From positions 800,001 to 864,000 of the forward strand of contig CM000155.2 of the NCBI GenBank assembly GCA_000004695.1: DNA of 64,000 bases, read 5' to 3'. Below the pieces are notes generated by a model. That model searched no databases. It worked only from the letters and a program-made list of their open reading frames with translations, and had not been told where the DNA came from. The stretch's first letter is position 1. The number at the start of each line of letters is the position of its first letter. Below, one piece after another: positions 1 to 11,761 of this stretch. Position numbers and translations under genes: made by a program. The DNA is from Dictyostelium discoideum. Taxonomy: Eukaryota.

Positions 1-3000
1 ATAATGGTACCTCTTATGATCCAGTTCAAGTGGTAAGTTCATTATGTTCCTTTGAATCCATTCAAATCGATAAACCTGATAAATTTGGTAGATCACCTTT
101 ATTCTATGCTTGTCAACATGGTAGTACCGTTTCTGCTCTCCTCTTAATTCAAAGAAAAGCTGATATTAATCGTGTTGATGAAGATGGTAATACACCTTTG
201 GCTATCACTCTCTTATTTAAACACCCAGATTGTGCTATCAATGTAATTCAAAAAGGTGCAAATGTTAAAGGTACTTTAACTAAATTCAATTATAAAATTA
301 CTAAAACTGAAACTCCATGGAAAACTGAAACAACAACAACAACAACAACTCCAAATGGTGCCACCACCACCACCACTACTACTACCACTACCACTACCAC
401 TGCTAGTACTTCAACAACAGCATCAGCAAATATACTTCCTCAAGTTGCAGCTCCATTAAATAGAGGTAGAATTAGTAGAGCTCAACATTCAAATGCTGCC
501 ATTCAAGAACCTAAAATTCCACATTATAAACAACCAATGAAAGTCGAATATAAAGTTGAAAAGATTAATGTTTGTAAGGTTGGTTTATTCTATCATGTTG
601 TATCAAATAATTGGCAAGGTGTTGCCTATATTATGTTGGACTCTGGTTTAGATAATTTCAGTGCACTTCATGATGCATTCAAAGCTGATAAATATCAATT
701 GGCTCTAACTTTATTATCAAAATGTCGTTCAGCTGCTGAATTATCACCATTATCACCAGAATCAAAACAAAACCTTTTCCATTTCATTGGTATGTACCCA
801 TCATCTGTTGCCAATTGGAGTGCTCGTGTTCAACAAAAATTATTATCATCTGGTGTTTCACCAAATCTCACTGATTCCACTGGTAGAACTCCACTTCACT
901 ATGCAGCTGTCTCTGAAAATGTTCCATTCACTCAATTCTTATTGACTCAAAAATTAAACATTAATCAACAAGATAAGGAAGGTAATACACCATTATCATT
1001 GGCATTGATAAAGATTAAAACTCCAACTCCAATAACTAGTGATACTCAACAACAACAAAGCACTGAAGATATTATCAAGAATTTCGTTTTACCAGCAGAG
1101 TTCAAATTATTATTAACCAATTTACCAAATTTAGAATTGAAATTCAAATATGAAGAGAATGAAATCACTCCATTAATTTATGCTATCAATATTAAAAACA
1201 TTGGTTTAATTGGTACTTTATTGAATTCAAAAGCAAACATCAATACAGTCGATGCACTTGGTCAACCACCACTTTTCCATGCAGTTAAAACAAATAAAAT
1301 GGATATTGTCAACTTGATACTCTCAAAGAAACCAAATATGAATATTCAAGATACCGATAAGAAATCTGTTATTCATTATGTAGTTAATCCAACTGAATAT
1401 GGTTCATTTGAAAATGTTACCCTTTTGAATCTATTGGCTAAACAAGGTTCTAAAATCGATTTAGCAGATATCGCTGGTAAAACACCATTATACTATGCAT
1501 CATTACAAGATTCTGGTAAGATGAAAGACGCTTTAATTAAATTGGGTGCAAAGAAGATTCCTCAAGAAACTTTACCAACTAGAGAAGTTTCAACCATTTC
1601 CAATTGGTCAGAGCTTAATACAGTCAATTATGAACAAGATTATAATAAATACATTGAAACCAAGAAAGAATTAATGGCTGCAAGCAATAAACAATTGAAA
1701 CCACTCGTTGATCCAATCTCAAGAATGCAAGAGAATTCTGAAGTATATGTCGATTCAAATGGTTTAATCTTTGACATTCTTATGACTAAAGTCGATGCTA
1801 AACGTGGTAATTGGGGTGAGAATAATTTCTACAAAATGCAAATCATTTACAATCCTGGCTTGGATAGATATTTCTTATGGAATCGTTGGGGTAGAATTGG
1901 TGATGTTGGTCAATATCAAAAGACACCATTCAGTAAGGATGAAGCAGTCACTGAATTTTGTAAAGTTTTCAAAACCAAGAGTGGCAATGCTTTCAATCTC
2001 GATTCAATGTCCAATTTCCAAAAGATTGAAGGGCGTTATCATTTGGTACACATCGATAGAACTGATAAGACAAAGAAAGAGATCCTCCACCCATTCGTTC
2101 TCTCTCAATATCCAAAATCACAATTACCAAAAGAACTCTATGATGTTATGGCTCAATTCTGTAATGTTGAATCAATCTCTCATCAATTGAAAAATCTTAA
2201 AATCGATACTGATATTATGCCATTGGGTCGTATTAGTAAAGATCTCATTCAAAAAGCCATTACAGTATTGGGTAAACTTAGTGAAGCAGTTGAACAAATT
2301 CGTTTGATCGAAGAGCACGAAGCCAATAAAAGAGCATCCTCTTTTACTAATGCTACAACTGTTGGTAGTGGTGTTAGTGGTAGTGGTGGTGATTCAACTT
2401 CTACCACTGATAAACCAGAGGAACCAAATTTCCCACCACTCAATGATGTCAAAGAATCCTTAATTAAACTTAGTAATGAATTCTATGAATTAATTCCTCA
2501 TTCAAACTTTTCCACCGAAAGAATGGTCATTTTGAAGAGTGCCAAAGAGATAACCGCCAAAACAACCCTCTTACAAAACTTGGATGAACTTGAGACCGTT
2601 TCAAAGATTTTGATTGCCGCTCACCAAAATACCACAATGCATCCATACGATTATTGTTTCAAAGCTCTTGGTGCCTCTTTGGAGAAATTGGATGCCAACT
2701 CTCCAGAATTTGGTATCCTTAAAAAGTACTCCGAGAATACCGGTTGCACAAAGAAGATTGTAAATATTTTCAAACTCCAAAGAAAAGGAGAGGTTGAAAG
2801 ATTCCAAGCTCATAAAAATCTCAAGAATCATTTCCTACTATGGCATGGTAGTTTAACAACAAACTATCTCTCCATTTTATCTCAAGGCTTAAAGATTGCT
2901 CCACCAGAGGCTCCAGTCACTGGTTATATGTTTGGTAAAGGTATTTATTTCTCTGATATGTTTAGAAAATCTATAAACTATTGCGGTAGTTGGGATAGTT

Positions 3001-3296
3001 CTTCAGCAAATAGTTTCCTCTTACTCTCAGAGGTAGCTTTGGGTACAATGAAAGAATTTAAAAGCGCTCACTATATGGAATCCCCTGAAACTGGTACAAA
3101 TAGTACTAAAGGTGTAGGTAAAACTGGTCCAAACTTTGACGATAGTATCATTTTAAATAATGGTGTTGCAATTCCTCTCTCTCCTCCAGAACAAGTTAAA
3201 GGTGATACTTCCGATTATCACTTGGAAATGAATGAATATATTGTTTATGACGTTTCTCAAATTAGAATGAGATATTTAGTTGAAGTTTCAAATTAA
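1..3296 (+). CDS. Poly(ADP-ribose) polymerase with N-terminal ankyrin repeats, WGR, PARP regulatory (helical) and catalytic domains. The 5' end is outside the window; the frame is open from base 1.
   Basis: The 1088-aa ORF is open to the window edge. It has ankyrin repeats (GRSPLFYACQHGSTVSALLLIQRKADIN; GRTPLHYAAVSENV; GKTPLYYAS). It has a WGR motif (WNRWGRIGDVGQ). The PARP H-Y-E catalytic triad context is present (LLWHGSLTTNYLSILSQGLKIAP ... GKGIYFSDMFRKS ... YHLEMNEYIVYD). Stop TAA at 3294-3296. Confidence 0.85.
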   Translation, partial: NGTSYDPVQVVSSLCSFESIQIDKPDKFGRSPLFYACQHGSTVSALLLIQRKADINRVDEDGNTPLAITLLFKHPDCAINVIQKGANVKGTLTKFNYKITKTETPWKTETTTTTTTPNGATTTTTTTTTTTTTASTSTTASANILPQVAAPLNRGRISRAQHSNAAIQEPKIPHYKQPMKVEYKVEKINVCKVGLFYHVVSNNWQGVAYIMLDSGLDNFSALHDAFKADKYQLALTLLSKCRSAAELSPLSPESKQNLFHFIGMYPSSVANWSARVQQKLLSSGVSPNLTDSTGRTPLHYAAVSENVPFTQFLLTQKLNINQQDKEGNTPLSLALIKIKTPTPITSDTQQQQSTEDIIKNFVLPAEFKLLLTNLPNLELKFKYEENEITPLIYAINIKNIGLIGTLLNSKANINTVDALGQPPLFHAVKTNKMDIVNLILSKKPNMNIQDTDKKSVIHYVVNPTEYGSFENVTLLNLLAKQGSKIDLADIAGKTPLYYASLQDSGKMKDALIKLGAKKIPQETLPTREVSTISNWSELNTVNYEQDYNKYIETKKELMAASNKQLKPLVDPISRMQENSEVYVDSNGLIFDILMTKVDAKRGNWGENNFYKMQIIYNPGLDRYFLWNRWGRIGDVGQYQKTPFSKDEAVTEFCKVFKTKSGNAFNLDSMSNFQKIEGRYHLVHIDRTDKTKKEILHPFVLSQYPKSQLPKELYDVMAQFCNVESISHQLKNLKIDTDIMPLGRISKDLIQKAITVLGKLSEAVEQIRLIEEHEANKRASSFTNATTVGSGVSGSGGDSTSTTDKPEEPNFPPLNDVKESLIKLSNEFYELIPHSNFSTERMVILKSAKEITAKTTLLQNLDELETVSKILIAAHQNTTMHPYDYCFKALGASLEKLDANSPEFGILKKYSENTGCTKKIVNIFKLQRKGEVERFQAHKNLKNHFLLWHGSLTTNYLSILSQGLKIAPPEAPVTGYMFGKGIYFSDMFRKSINYCGSWDSSSANSFLLLSEVALGTMKEFKSAHYMESPETGTNSTKGVGKTGPNFDDSIILNNGVAIPLSPPEQVKGDTSDYHLEMNEYIVYDVSQIRMRYLVEVSN

Positions 3297-4509
3297 AAAA
3301 ATAATTAAATAATTAAAAAATTTAAAAAAAAAAAAATAAAAAAAATAAAAAATAAAAAAAAAAAAAAGTAATAAATAATTTTAAAATAAAATAAAGATTT
3401 AAAGTTGATATAAACAAATTTTTTTCTTTATTACTTACAACATCATTTATTTTTTAAAAAAAAAAGAAATTAAAAATTAATCTTTTAATTAATTCCCACA
3501 CAAATTATTTATTATCAGTTAATATCTTATGATTAAATATCTTCAAATATTACTGTAACGGAAGTGGTATAATCAAGAAGATTATATTTTAATTTTTTAA
3601 TTATTTATTTAATTTAAATTAAAATAATATTTCTTTATTTATAATTAATTTATATTTTATTTTATTTATTTATATTTAATACTTATTTATTTTTTATTTA
3701 AGTTATTTATTTAATTTTTTAATTTAATTTAATTATAACATATTTATTTTGGGAGTAATAAGATTATAAAACCGATTAAATTATAATTTTCATTTTATAC
3801 TATATAAAATGACTTTATATTTATAAATGATTATAATAATAAAATGAAAAATACTAAATAATAATTATTGTAACTATTGGTTTCATTATATTGCCAAAAA
3901 TTTATTGAATAAGATAAAGTTATATCTATATTGGATAATAATAAAAAATATTTTAATTTTTTTTATTTTCCAATTTTAAAATTTTATTAAACAATAATAA
4001 ATTTCTAGACAAATTAAATGTATAATCCAATTTTAAAATTTTTTTATTTTATTATCAATTTAATTTAACTATAGTTATTTTTTTCATTTTTTTTTTTTAA
4101 TTTAAAATATTTAAAAACAACAATCATAATCTAAAAATAATTATTATTTATTTATCAAATCTAAATTAACCTTTTTTTTTTTTTATTTTTAATTTTTTTT
4201 TTTTATTTTTTTTTTTATTTTTTATTTTTTTTTTTGAAAAGTTTAATTTTATTTGTTTTATATTTGTTGTGTTATTTTAATTGTTTTTTTTTTTTCAATT
4301 GGTATTCTGATTTTTCCCATCCACATTTTATTTTTTTTTTAAAATTTTATTTTTTTTATTTTAATTTTTTATTTTTTTTTTCTTTTTTATTTTTTTTTTC
4401 ATTTCATTTTTTTCATTTCCTTCGAAAATATCTTTGCAATTAGGAGATAGATAATAATAAAATTATTTTATAAAAATTTTTTTTAAAAAAAAAAAAATAA
4501 AAAAAAAAC

Positions 4510-5745
4510 ATGGAAAATCAATTTAAAAATAATAATAATAGTAGTAGTATTGAAACATCAAATCAATTTTCAAATAAAAAAACAAATAGATTAGATAGTT
4601 TTGTATCAGTATCAGAATTACATGAAGAAGCTAAAAGATTATTACCAAAGATGGCATACGATTATTATGCATCAGGATCCAATGATCAAATTACATTAGC
4701 AGAGAATGAGAATGCATTCAGTCGTATTAAATTAGTACCAAGATCATTAGTTGATGTATCAAAAGTTAATACTAAAACTAGAATATTCGGAAGAGATATC
4801 TCAACACCCATACTAATTGCACCATGGGCAATGCAAAGAATGGCATCTCAAAGAGGTGAACTCGACACAGTTGAAGCTTCAAAAGAGTTCAATACAATCA
4901 TGACACTATCCTCATTATCCACTACATCAGTCGAAGATCTCTCAAGTGCAACAAATGGTAACCCAGGGTGGTTCCAATTATACGTTTTTAAAGATAGAAA
5001 AGTCTCTGAAGAATTAGTGAAAAGGGCTGAATCAATTGGTTATTCCGCTTTAGTGTTAACTGTTGATACACCATTTCTTGGTAAGAGAACTGCTGATTTT
5101 AAAAATTCGTAAGTATAATATTTTATAAACATTTAACAGTGTTTGTGGTGTTGGTTATTTACTATGTACTACTATTTTATAGATTTAAATTACCAAATGG
5201 ATTATCATTAAAAATATTTGAGAAATTAATGTTATCAAATTTAGATGGTGGATTAAATCAATATATTGCAACAATGATTGACCCATCATTGACATGGAAT
5301 GATTTGAAATGGTTGAAATCAATTACAAAGTTACCAATTTTAGTAAAAGGTATAATGTGTCCAAAGGATGCTGAATTGGCATTACAATATGGTGCTGATG
5401 GTATTATAGTATCGAATCATGGTGGTAGACAATTGGATACATGTCCTTCGACAATCGAAGTTTTACCATACATTAGTAAAGTTGTGAGAGGTAGAGTACC
5501 TTTGATTTTAGATGGCGGTATTCGTCGTGGTACTGATGTTTTAAAAGCATTGGCATTTGGTGCAAATGCAGTTTGTATTGGTAGACCTATCATTTGGGGT
5601 TTAAGTACTGGTGGTAAAGATGGAGTTTTAAAAGTTTTAAATTTATTAAATTCTGAATTACAATTAGCAATGGCTTTAACTGGTATTACTAATATTTCTG
5701 ATATTAATAATTCAATAATTTGGGATCAAAATAAATATATTAAAT

Positions 5746-5750
<5 letters not shown>
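4510..5750 (+). CDS. FMN-dependent (S)-2-hydroxy-acid oxidase / glycolate oxidase. Two exons: join(4510..5108,5183..5750).
   Basis: Exon 1 reads MAYDYYASGSNDQITLAENENAFSRIKLVPR ... VDTPFLGKRTADFKN. Donor GTAAGT at 5109, acceptor TTTTATAG ending 5182. Exon 2 reads FKLPNGLSLKIFEKL ... SNHGGRQLD ... LDGGIRRGTDVLKALAFGANAVCIGRP and is colinear with spinach glycolate oxidase. The MFVVLVIYY part of ORF 5139..5750 is intronic. Confidence 0.85.
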
Positions 5751-5782
<32 letters not shown>

Positions 5783-5832
5783 TAAAAAATTATAAATTAT
5801 AAATTTGTTTATTTTATTTATTTTATTTTGTT

Positions 5833-6834
5833 TTAATTATTTGAACATGAAGTTGGTAATTTATTTACAGGTAAACCCCATTCTGACCAAGAACCATCAT
5901 AAATTGGTGCTAATGGATAACCTAATTTATATAAACCTAAAGATAATACAGCGGCAGTTGTACCAGAACCACAAGTTGTAGCGATTTTAGAGGAAAGATC
6001 AACACCTTTTTCTTTGAATGTTGTTAAAACCTTATCATTTGGAATGAAACCACCATGACCACCATTTGCTACTGGTTCAATTAAATCTGTCCATGGAATA
6101 TTTAAAGAGTTTGGAATATGACCTCTAAGAAGACCTGGTCTTGGTTCATCAACTCTACCCCAGAATCTATCGGCTGAACGTGCATCAATGAGTTGATATT
6201 CTTTGCTTTGCAAATTGCTTAAAATATCTTGTTTATTCTTTACTAAATCATTATTGAATGTTGATTTATATGTTTTTGATTCATCGTTGTTTGAATTTTC
6301 GATTGGACCTGATTGAACTGGATAACCTTCTCTTTCCCATGCTGGTAGACCACCTTCCAATAAACTAACTTTTGATGCAGAATGACCAAATATTAAAAAT
6401 GTCCACCAAACACGTGCTGATGCAACATATTGAGCACGCGTATCATAGATGATAATATGATCATCGTTGGTGATTCCTAAACGTTTCATCTCTTTTTCAA
6501 ATACTTGTTCACTTGGTAAATTGTGTGGTAATGATACAGTTTTGTCACAAATTTCATCGATATCGAATAATTTGGCTGATTTTATATGTTTATCTACAAA
6601 TTCTTTTCTTGGATCTCTCTTTTCATGTGCCATAAACCAACTTGCATCTACAATCTTTACATTGTTTTGGTTCTCTTTTAACCATTTTGGTGAAACAAAT
6701 AATTTTGATCTATCACCAACATTTGTCATTTTACTACTGAAATATCTATTGATTTGATTAACTTTTGAAAATTTTGAAATATTATTTGATGTTACTGAAG
6801 ATTTATTAATATTAATAATTAAACTCTTTAACAT
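5833..6834 (-). CDS. Thiosulfate/3-mercaptopyruvate sulfurtransferase (tandem rhodanese domains) with an N-terminal presequence-like extension.
   Basis: 333-aa ORF with two rhodanese-like halves. Active-site Cys loop TCGSGTTAAV resembles the MST CG(S/T)GVTA motif. N-terminus MLKSLIININKSSVTSNNISKF is basic and hydroxylated, like a mitochondrial presequence. Confidence 0.8.
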   Translation of the reverse strand: MLKSLIININKSSVTSNNISKFSKVNQINRYFSSKMTNVGDRSKLFVSPKWLKENQNNVKIVDASWFMAHEKRDPRKEFVDKHIKSAKLFDIDEICDKTVSLPHNLPSEQVFEKEMKRLGITNDDHIIIYDTRAQYVASARVWWTFLIFGHSASKVSLLEGGLPAWEREGYPVQSGPIENSNNDESKTYKSTFNNDLVKNKQDILSNLQSKEYQLIDARSADRFWGRVDEPRPGLLRGHIPNSLNIPWTDLIEPVANGGHGGFIPNDKVLTTFKEKGVDLSSKIATTCGSGTTAAVLSLGLYKLGYPLAPIYDGSWSEWGLPVNKLPTSCSNN

Positions 6835-7117
6835 TGTGTGATGGATTATAGAAAAAAAAAAAAATAAAAAATAAAAATTAAAAAAAAATAAAAAAATAAA
6901 AAAATAAAAAAATTAATTAAAAAAAGTGATTTTCAGCGATTTTTTATTTTTTTTATATTTTAAATTTAAATAAACCAATTTAATTCCAAAACATTTTTAT
7001 ATTTTTATTAAGTTATTTTATTTTCCAAATATGTGGATTTAAATTTATTTCCTATAGCAATTTTTTATTTCAAACATTTTTTTTTATTAGTTTGAAAAAA
7101 AAAAAAGTATAAAAACG

Positions 7118-7163
<46 letters not shown>

Positions 7164-8064
7164 TATTATTTTTTTTTGCTTTTCAAATTTTTAAAAGTCG
7201 ATTTATCAGCTGTTCGATTCAATCCAACCAAGTTTCAAATTCACATCCATTCCTAAATGAGATATTTATCTCAATAATGAATGAATTATGTAAAATGACC
7301 AACTTTACAATCTTCAAATAATAAATAATCAATTTTTAAAAAATAACTTCTAATAATTAGAAGATTTTTTATTATCAAAGAATTATTTTCTTCAATTTTT
7401 AAATTAAAAAACTTTTTAAAATAATAAATATAAATAGATGAAATTAGTATTATTATACTTTTTTTTTTTTTTTGGATATTCTGCTCAATTTTTTAGCTCT
7501 TTATATCATATCAAATTCAAAAATTAATTATAATAATAAAAAAAAAAAAAAATTAAATAAAAATGGAAAGTTAATTAGAAAGAATATTTGTAATACCATT
7601 ACCACTCCAAAATATTATAACTTATTTTATTTTTATTTTTATTTTTAATTTTTATTTTTTATTTTTTTTTTTGGATAGTAAAAATATTTATTGCTACGAG
7701 TGGGTGAGACTATGGTGGGTGTTTTTATTCATATCAATTTTATTTTTTATTTATAGTGTCGCGGTACCACCTTTTTTAATAACTACCCCCTATTAAGTTT
7801 TTTATTTTTTAAAAAAAAAAAATTGTATTCTCAAAGAATATTATTCAATTAAAAAAAAAAAATATTTAATACATTTTTTAATTCATTTTTGGTGATCGTT
7901 TACCCCAACATCATACCAATATTGTAAAAATACAATTAATAATTTAATTTATTATTTTTTTAATTTAAAAATATTTTTTTTATTTTTTTTATTTAATATT
8001 GATTGTAAAAAAAAAAAAATTTTTTAATTTGGCTATTTTATTAAAATTTACTAATCATATAAAT

Positions 8065-8329
8065 ATGAAAACTAGAATATTATTATTGTTTTTATTGCTT
8101 TCCATTTTATTAAATGTATCATTTTCTTTGGTAAATATTGAATTTAATTTTTTTTCTGAAAAAAAAAAAAAAAAAAAAAATATTCACAATTATTATATTT
8201 ATAAATTTAGGATGAAACCAAGAATATAGAAAATAATCTTGCTGCTGAATTAATACCAGATATTGTAAATTTTAATTAGATTTGATAAATTGGTTTTTAA
8301 ATAAAAAAAAAACTAATATCTAATAATTT

Positions 8330-8367
<38 letters not shown>

Positions 8368-10230
8368 TATTAGGGAGAAAAAAATAATAATAATAATTTA
8401 GAATTAGTAGGGTTAAATGAAAATGAAAAACAAAAAACTGAAAATGTTGAAGAAATTTCAAATGTTGTCAGAGAGAAACAAGTTGAAAATAAACCAGATG
8501 TTGAATATGAATTCCATCAAATTTCATTAGAAGATAATTTAAAGAAAATTATTAATGATATTGTCTCAATTTCCAATAGAAATAGAGAACAAGATATTAC
8601 AAGCTTATTAAACTATATATTTAATGTTAAACCAAAATCTGAAGATTTTAAAGAATATAATGGAAAACAAAGTAAATTCCAACAAATGGTAAACTACTTC
8701 CAATCATTCGATGAAATTATCAAGCAACATCAATTTGAAATTGACCAAGACCAAGTACGTCTTTTAGCTCATGATTTCACCAAAGCCTACTCTAGTGTAT
8801 TTGAATTGGATAATGATGAAAATCTTCAATTTGAAGACAACCTCACCAATTTCCTTTATTTATCAGTTCAAAAATTCTTATCAAGTTTTGGTCTCCCAGA
8901 ATATAAACCACATTTTGAAAGATCAAATCTACTTGAAAGAGATGTCCATAGATATGTCTCACACCCAGATGTCTCCTACTGGTCAAATGATAATGTTGAA
9001 AAGATTGCCAAGGCTTCTACCCTAACTGAAAACAATATTCAAGATATTTCAAAAGCAATCGTTCAATTATCAGAAGGTGAATCAAAATACTTTAAAAATG
9101 TAATGGAAATATTAGATATCCAAAACGCACCAAATCGTCAAAAAGTTGCCAATATCTCTTCAATTCTTAAAACCGCTTTACGTATTATGTATTCAATGAT
9201 TTCAAAACTCCAAACCAATGTTGATAATATTGATAATAATGAAAATATTGATAATACTGATAATATTAATAATGATAATGTAGTTGCAAAATATCCAACA
9301 TGGATTAATGAAGAATATATTAAAGATGTTGATAGTGTTTCTAAAGCTAGTGAATTGTTTAATCCAAGAACCATTGTCGCATTTAATAAATTATTTATTA
9401 GAAATAATGATCCAATTTCAAAATATGATCAAGAGTCATTAACTCATCAATTTGTTGATTTGGCTTATTCAATACTCTATGGTAGACAACAAAAATATGA
9501 AGAATTTGCTGAAAAAGGTAAAACAGCTTCAGATACAAACATTGATCCAATAATACTTAATCGTATCATTTCAATGGTTGATAACGTTCAAGAAGTTTCT
9601 CAACAAGAAAATAGTCAAGGTTACTTATTACGTGCTGCTCGTGCATTCTTTAATTTATTCCATATTCGTGAAAATTATGATGCATTAATGAATGCTTTTG
9701 AACAAGAACAAGAAGAACAAATAAATAACATTAATAATAATAATAATGAAAATACCCAACAACAAGAAGAACAACAAAATGATGAAAATAATCAACAAAC
9801 AAAACAACAAAAACAAGCATCATCAAATATTCAATATATTGCTCATAGAGTAAATAAAATAATTCAAGAGAATACAAATATTGATCAAGGTGATGAAACT
9901 AAAAGAAATGAAAATGTTTTTAGAATTCTTTACAACATTTATCTTCACTATTATGGTTTGGAAGATGAAAACCAATTAGAATCAAATAGAAAAGTTTCAA
10001 ATAAAAAAATTGAAAATGAAAATCCAGAAGTTTCATTCATTAGAGAAATCGTTCCATCCTTATCTGAAAATGATGTTGTTGATATTCTTGAAGAAATTGA
10101 TAGAGTAGCTGATCAATTAGGTTACAAAAGTACAAAAATTGATGATATTGATGAAAATGATGAACTAAATAATAATGCTGGGGAAACTAGAGATTTAGGT
10201 GATTTCCAATATCAAGAAAATGAAATTTAA
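8065..10230 (+). CDS. Acidic Asn/Gln/Glu-rich hypothetical protein with a predicted N-terminal signal peptide. Three-exon model: join(8065..8130,8211..8264,8374..10230).
   Basis: The main ORF 8686..10230 is open upstream to a TAG at 8371-8373 with no in-frame ATG, implying a 5' exon. Exon 1 MKTRILLLFLLLSILLNVSFSL (signal-peptide-like) ends at donor GTAAAT (8131). Exon 2 DETKNIENNLAAELIPDI sits between acceptor TTTAG (8209-8210) and donor GTAAAT (8265). Exon 3 follows the T22 tract and acceptor TTATTAG at 8372-8373. All junctions are phase 0. No recognisable domain. Confidence 0.5.
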
Positions 10231-10430
10231 TCAATCATCTCTTCTAAAATAAAAAAATAAAACAAAATAAAATAAAATTTATAAAATATATATAAATATA
10301 TGAATGGACTGGTTATTTATAGATTTTTTTTTTTTTTTTTTATAAATTATTTTTTTTATTTTTTTTTTTTATTTGTTTTTTTTTATTTGTTTTTTTTTTA
10401 TTTTTTTTATTTTAAAATTAAATTAATTGG

Positions 10431-11244
10431 TTAATTGGCTTTTGAAGTGTTTTCATTTACTGAAACATTTTCATTACTTGAAGTTAAACTATTTGAACCA
10501 CTATTATTTAAATTATCAGATTTTGATGTTGAATTTGGTAAAGATTGTTGTTGTTGTTGTTGTTGTTGGGTTTGATTTGTATTTACATTATTACCACTAT
10601 TAGCTAAAAGGTTTAAATTATTACTTGAACTATTCGAATTTGATTTATAGAAAGGGGTGGTGGTTGCGGTGGCGGTGGTTGAATTGGTTGAACCTGCTAA
10701 AGATGATAAAGAAGTTGAAGAAGAGGATGGAGTGATGGTTGGAGTTGTGTTATGGGAAGAGAAAGTGCTGTGAGATTGGTAACGAATATTTAATTTATTT
10801 AAATCTGCACCTTGACAACCTTGAGCGATTGTATTCATAATGTTGATTTTCAATTGTTCTATATTCTTTTCGTTTGAACAATCTTTATTCCAAATTGCTA
10901 TTCTCTCTGCTTGATCACGTTTACTTAAAACAACACCACAAATATCTCTATCGATATCGATGGTTTCACCAACGACACCCAATACAATATCCTCCCAAAT
11001 TAAATCGACATTAAATATGAATCTAGTACTCTTTTGAAAATTAATTACCCATTTTCCACCTTTAATATTCTCTGGATCTTCCCATGTTGGACTAATTCCA
11101 CTCTTAAATAAATGATAGGTTGTATCTGCTTGCATTTTTGATGGTCTTTGTAATTGATGATAATATCCCCAAAAATCTTCAACCTAAAAAAAAAAAAAAA
11201 AAAATTCATTTTATTTTTAATTATTATTATTATTATTATTATTA

Positions 11245-11317
<73 letters not shown>

Positions 11318-11761
11318 AAAAAAAAAAAAAAAAAAATTGTTAATACCAAATTTTTATTATAATAAAATTTTTTGGACAATCGGTAGTTGATCTTTGATCC
11401 AGATATTTTTTTTTTTTTTTTTTTTTTTTTCAATTTTTCTGAATTTTTTTCAAATTTTTCAAATTTTTTTATTTTTATACACATGATCGTTTTTTTTTTT
11501 TTTTTTATAATAAAATGTTAAAGCCAAAAAAAAATTTTCAGCGATAATATTTTATTTTGAATTAATACATACTGATGAGAATGAACCTATATTTGTTAAA
11601 GTTGATAAATAATCTTGATGTGATGTTGCTGTATTTGATTGATATTGTTTTTTATCTGTGAAAAGTGTCCATGTTGCATCTAATTGATGAACAGGAGGAG
11701 TTTGATTACTCTTTGCTTGAATTTCCATTTGATCGGTATATGATAATCCTTGTTGATTCAT
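10431..11761 (-). CDS. eIF4E: Translation initiation factor eIF4E (cap-binding) with a ~100-aa S/T/N/Q-rich C-terminal tail. Two exons: complement(join(10431..11183,11573..11761)).
   Basis: Exon 1 reads HQLDATWTLFTDKK ... LSTLTNIGSFSS then donor GTATGT. Exon 2 reads VEDFWGYYHQLQRPSKMQADTTYHLFKSGISPTWEDPENIKGGKWV ... DICGVVLSKRDQAERIAIWNKD, colinear with human eIF4E (VEDFWALYNHIQ ... FKDGIEPMWED ... GGRW). The 389-nt intron carries an (ATT)n tract. Confidence 0.85.
11221..11318. repeat. (ATT)n microsatellite (~32 units) inside the eIF4E intron
   Basis: Direct reading of the tattattatt... run, flanked by poly(A). Confidence 0.9.

Noticed and set aside
1795-2831. ORFs 1795..2190 (+), 2249..2452 (-), 2601..2831 (-) inside the PARP gene
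   Set aside because: Alternative-frame or antisense ORFs wholly inside a well-supported 1088-aa coding region. No independent signal.
4234-4443. ORF 4234..4443 (+), 69 aa, poly-F
   Set aside because: Translation of the T-rich promoter tract upstream of the hydroxy-acid oxidase gene.
5139-5182. N-terminal MFVVLVIYYVLLFY of ORF 5139..5750
   Set aside because: It lies inside the 74-nt intron (GTAAGT 5109 ... TTTTATAG 5182) of the hydroxy-acid oxidase gene. The homologous protein sequence resumes at FKLPNG.
8771-9374. ORFs 8771..9025 (+) and 9138..9374 (-) inside gene 8065..10230
   Set aside because: Alternative-frame or antisense to the main 514-aa reading frame.
11120-11484. ORFs 11120..11362 (+) and 11242..11484 (-) with poly-I/poly-K translations
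   Set aside because: They are translations of the (ATT)n and poly(A) tracts inside the eIF4E intron. No coding signal.
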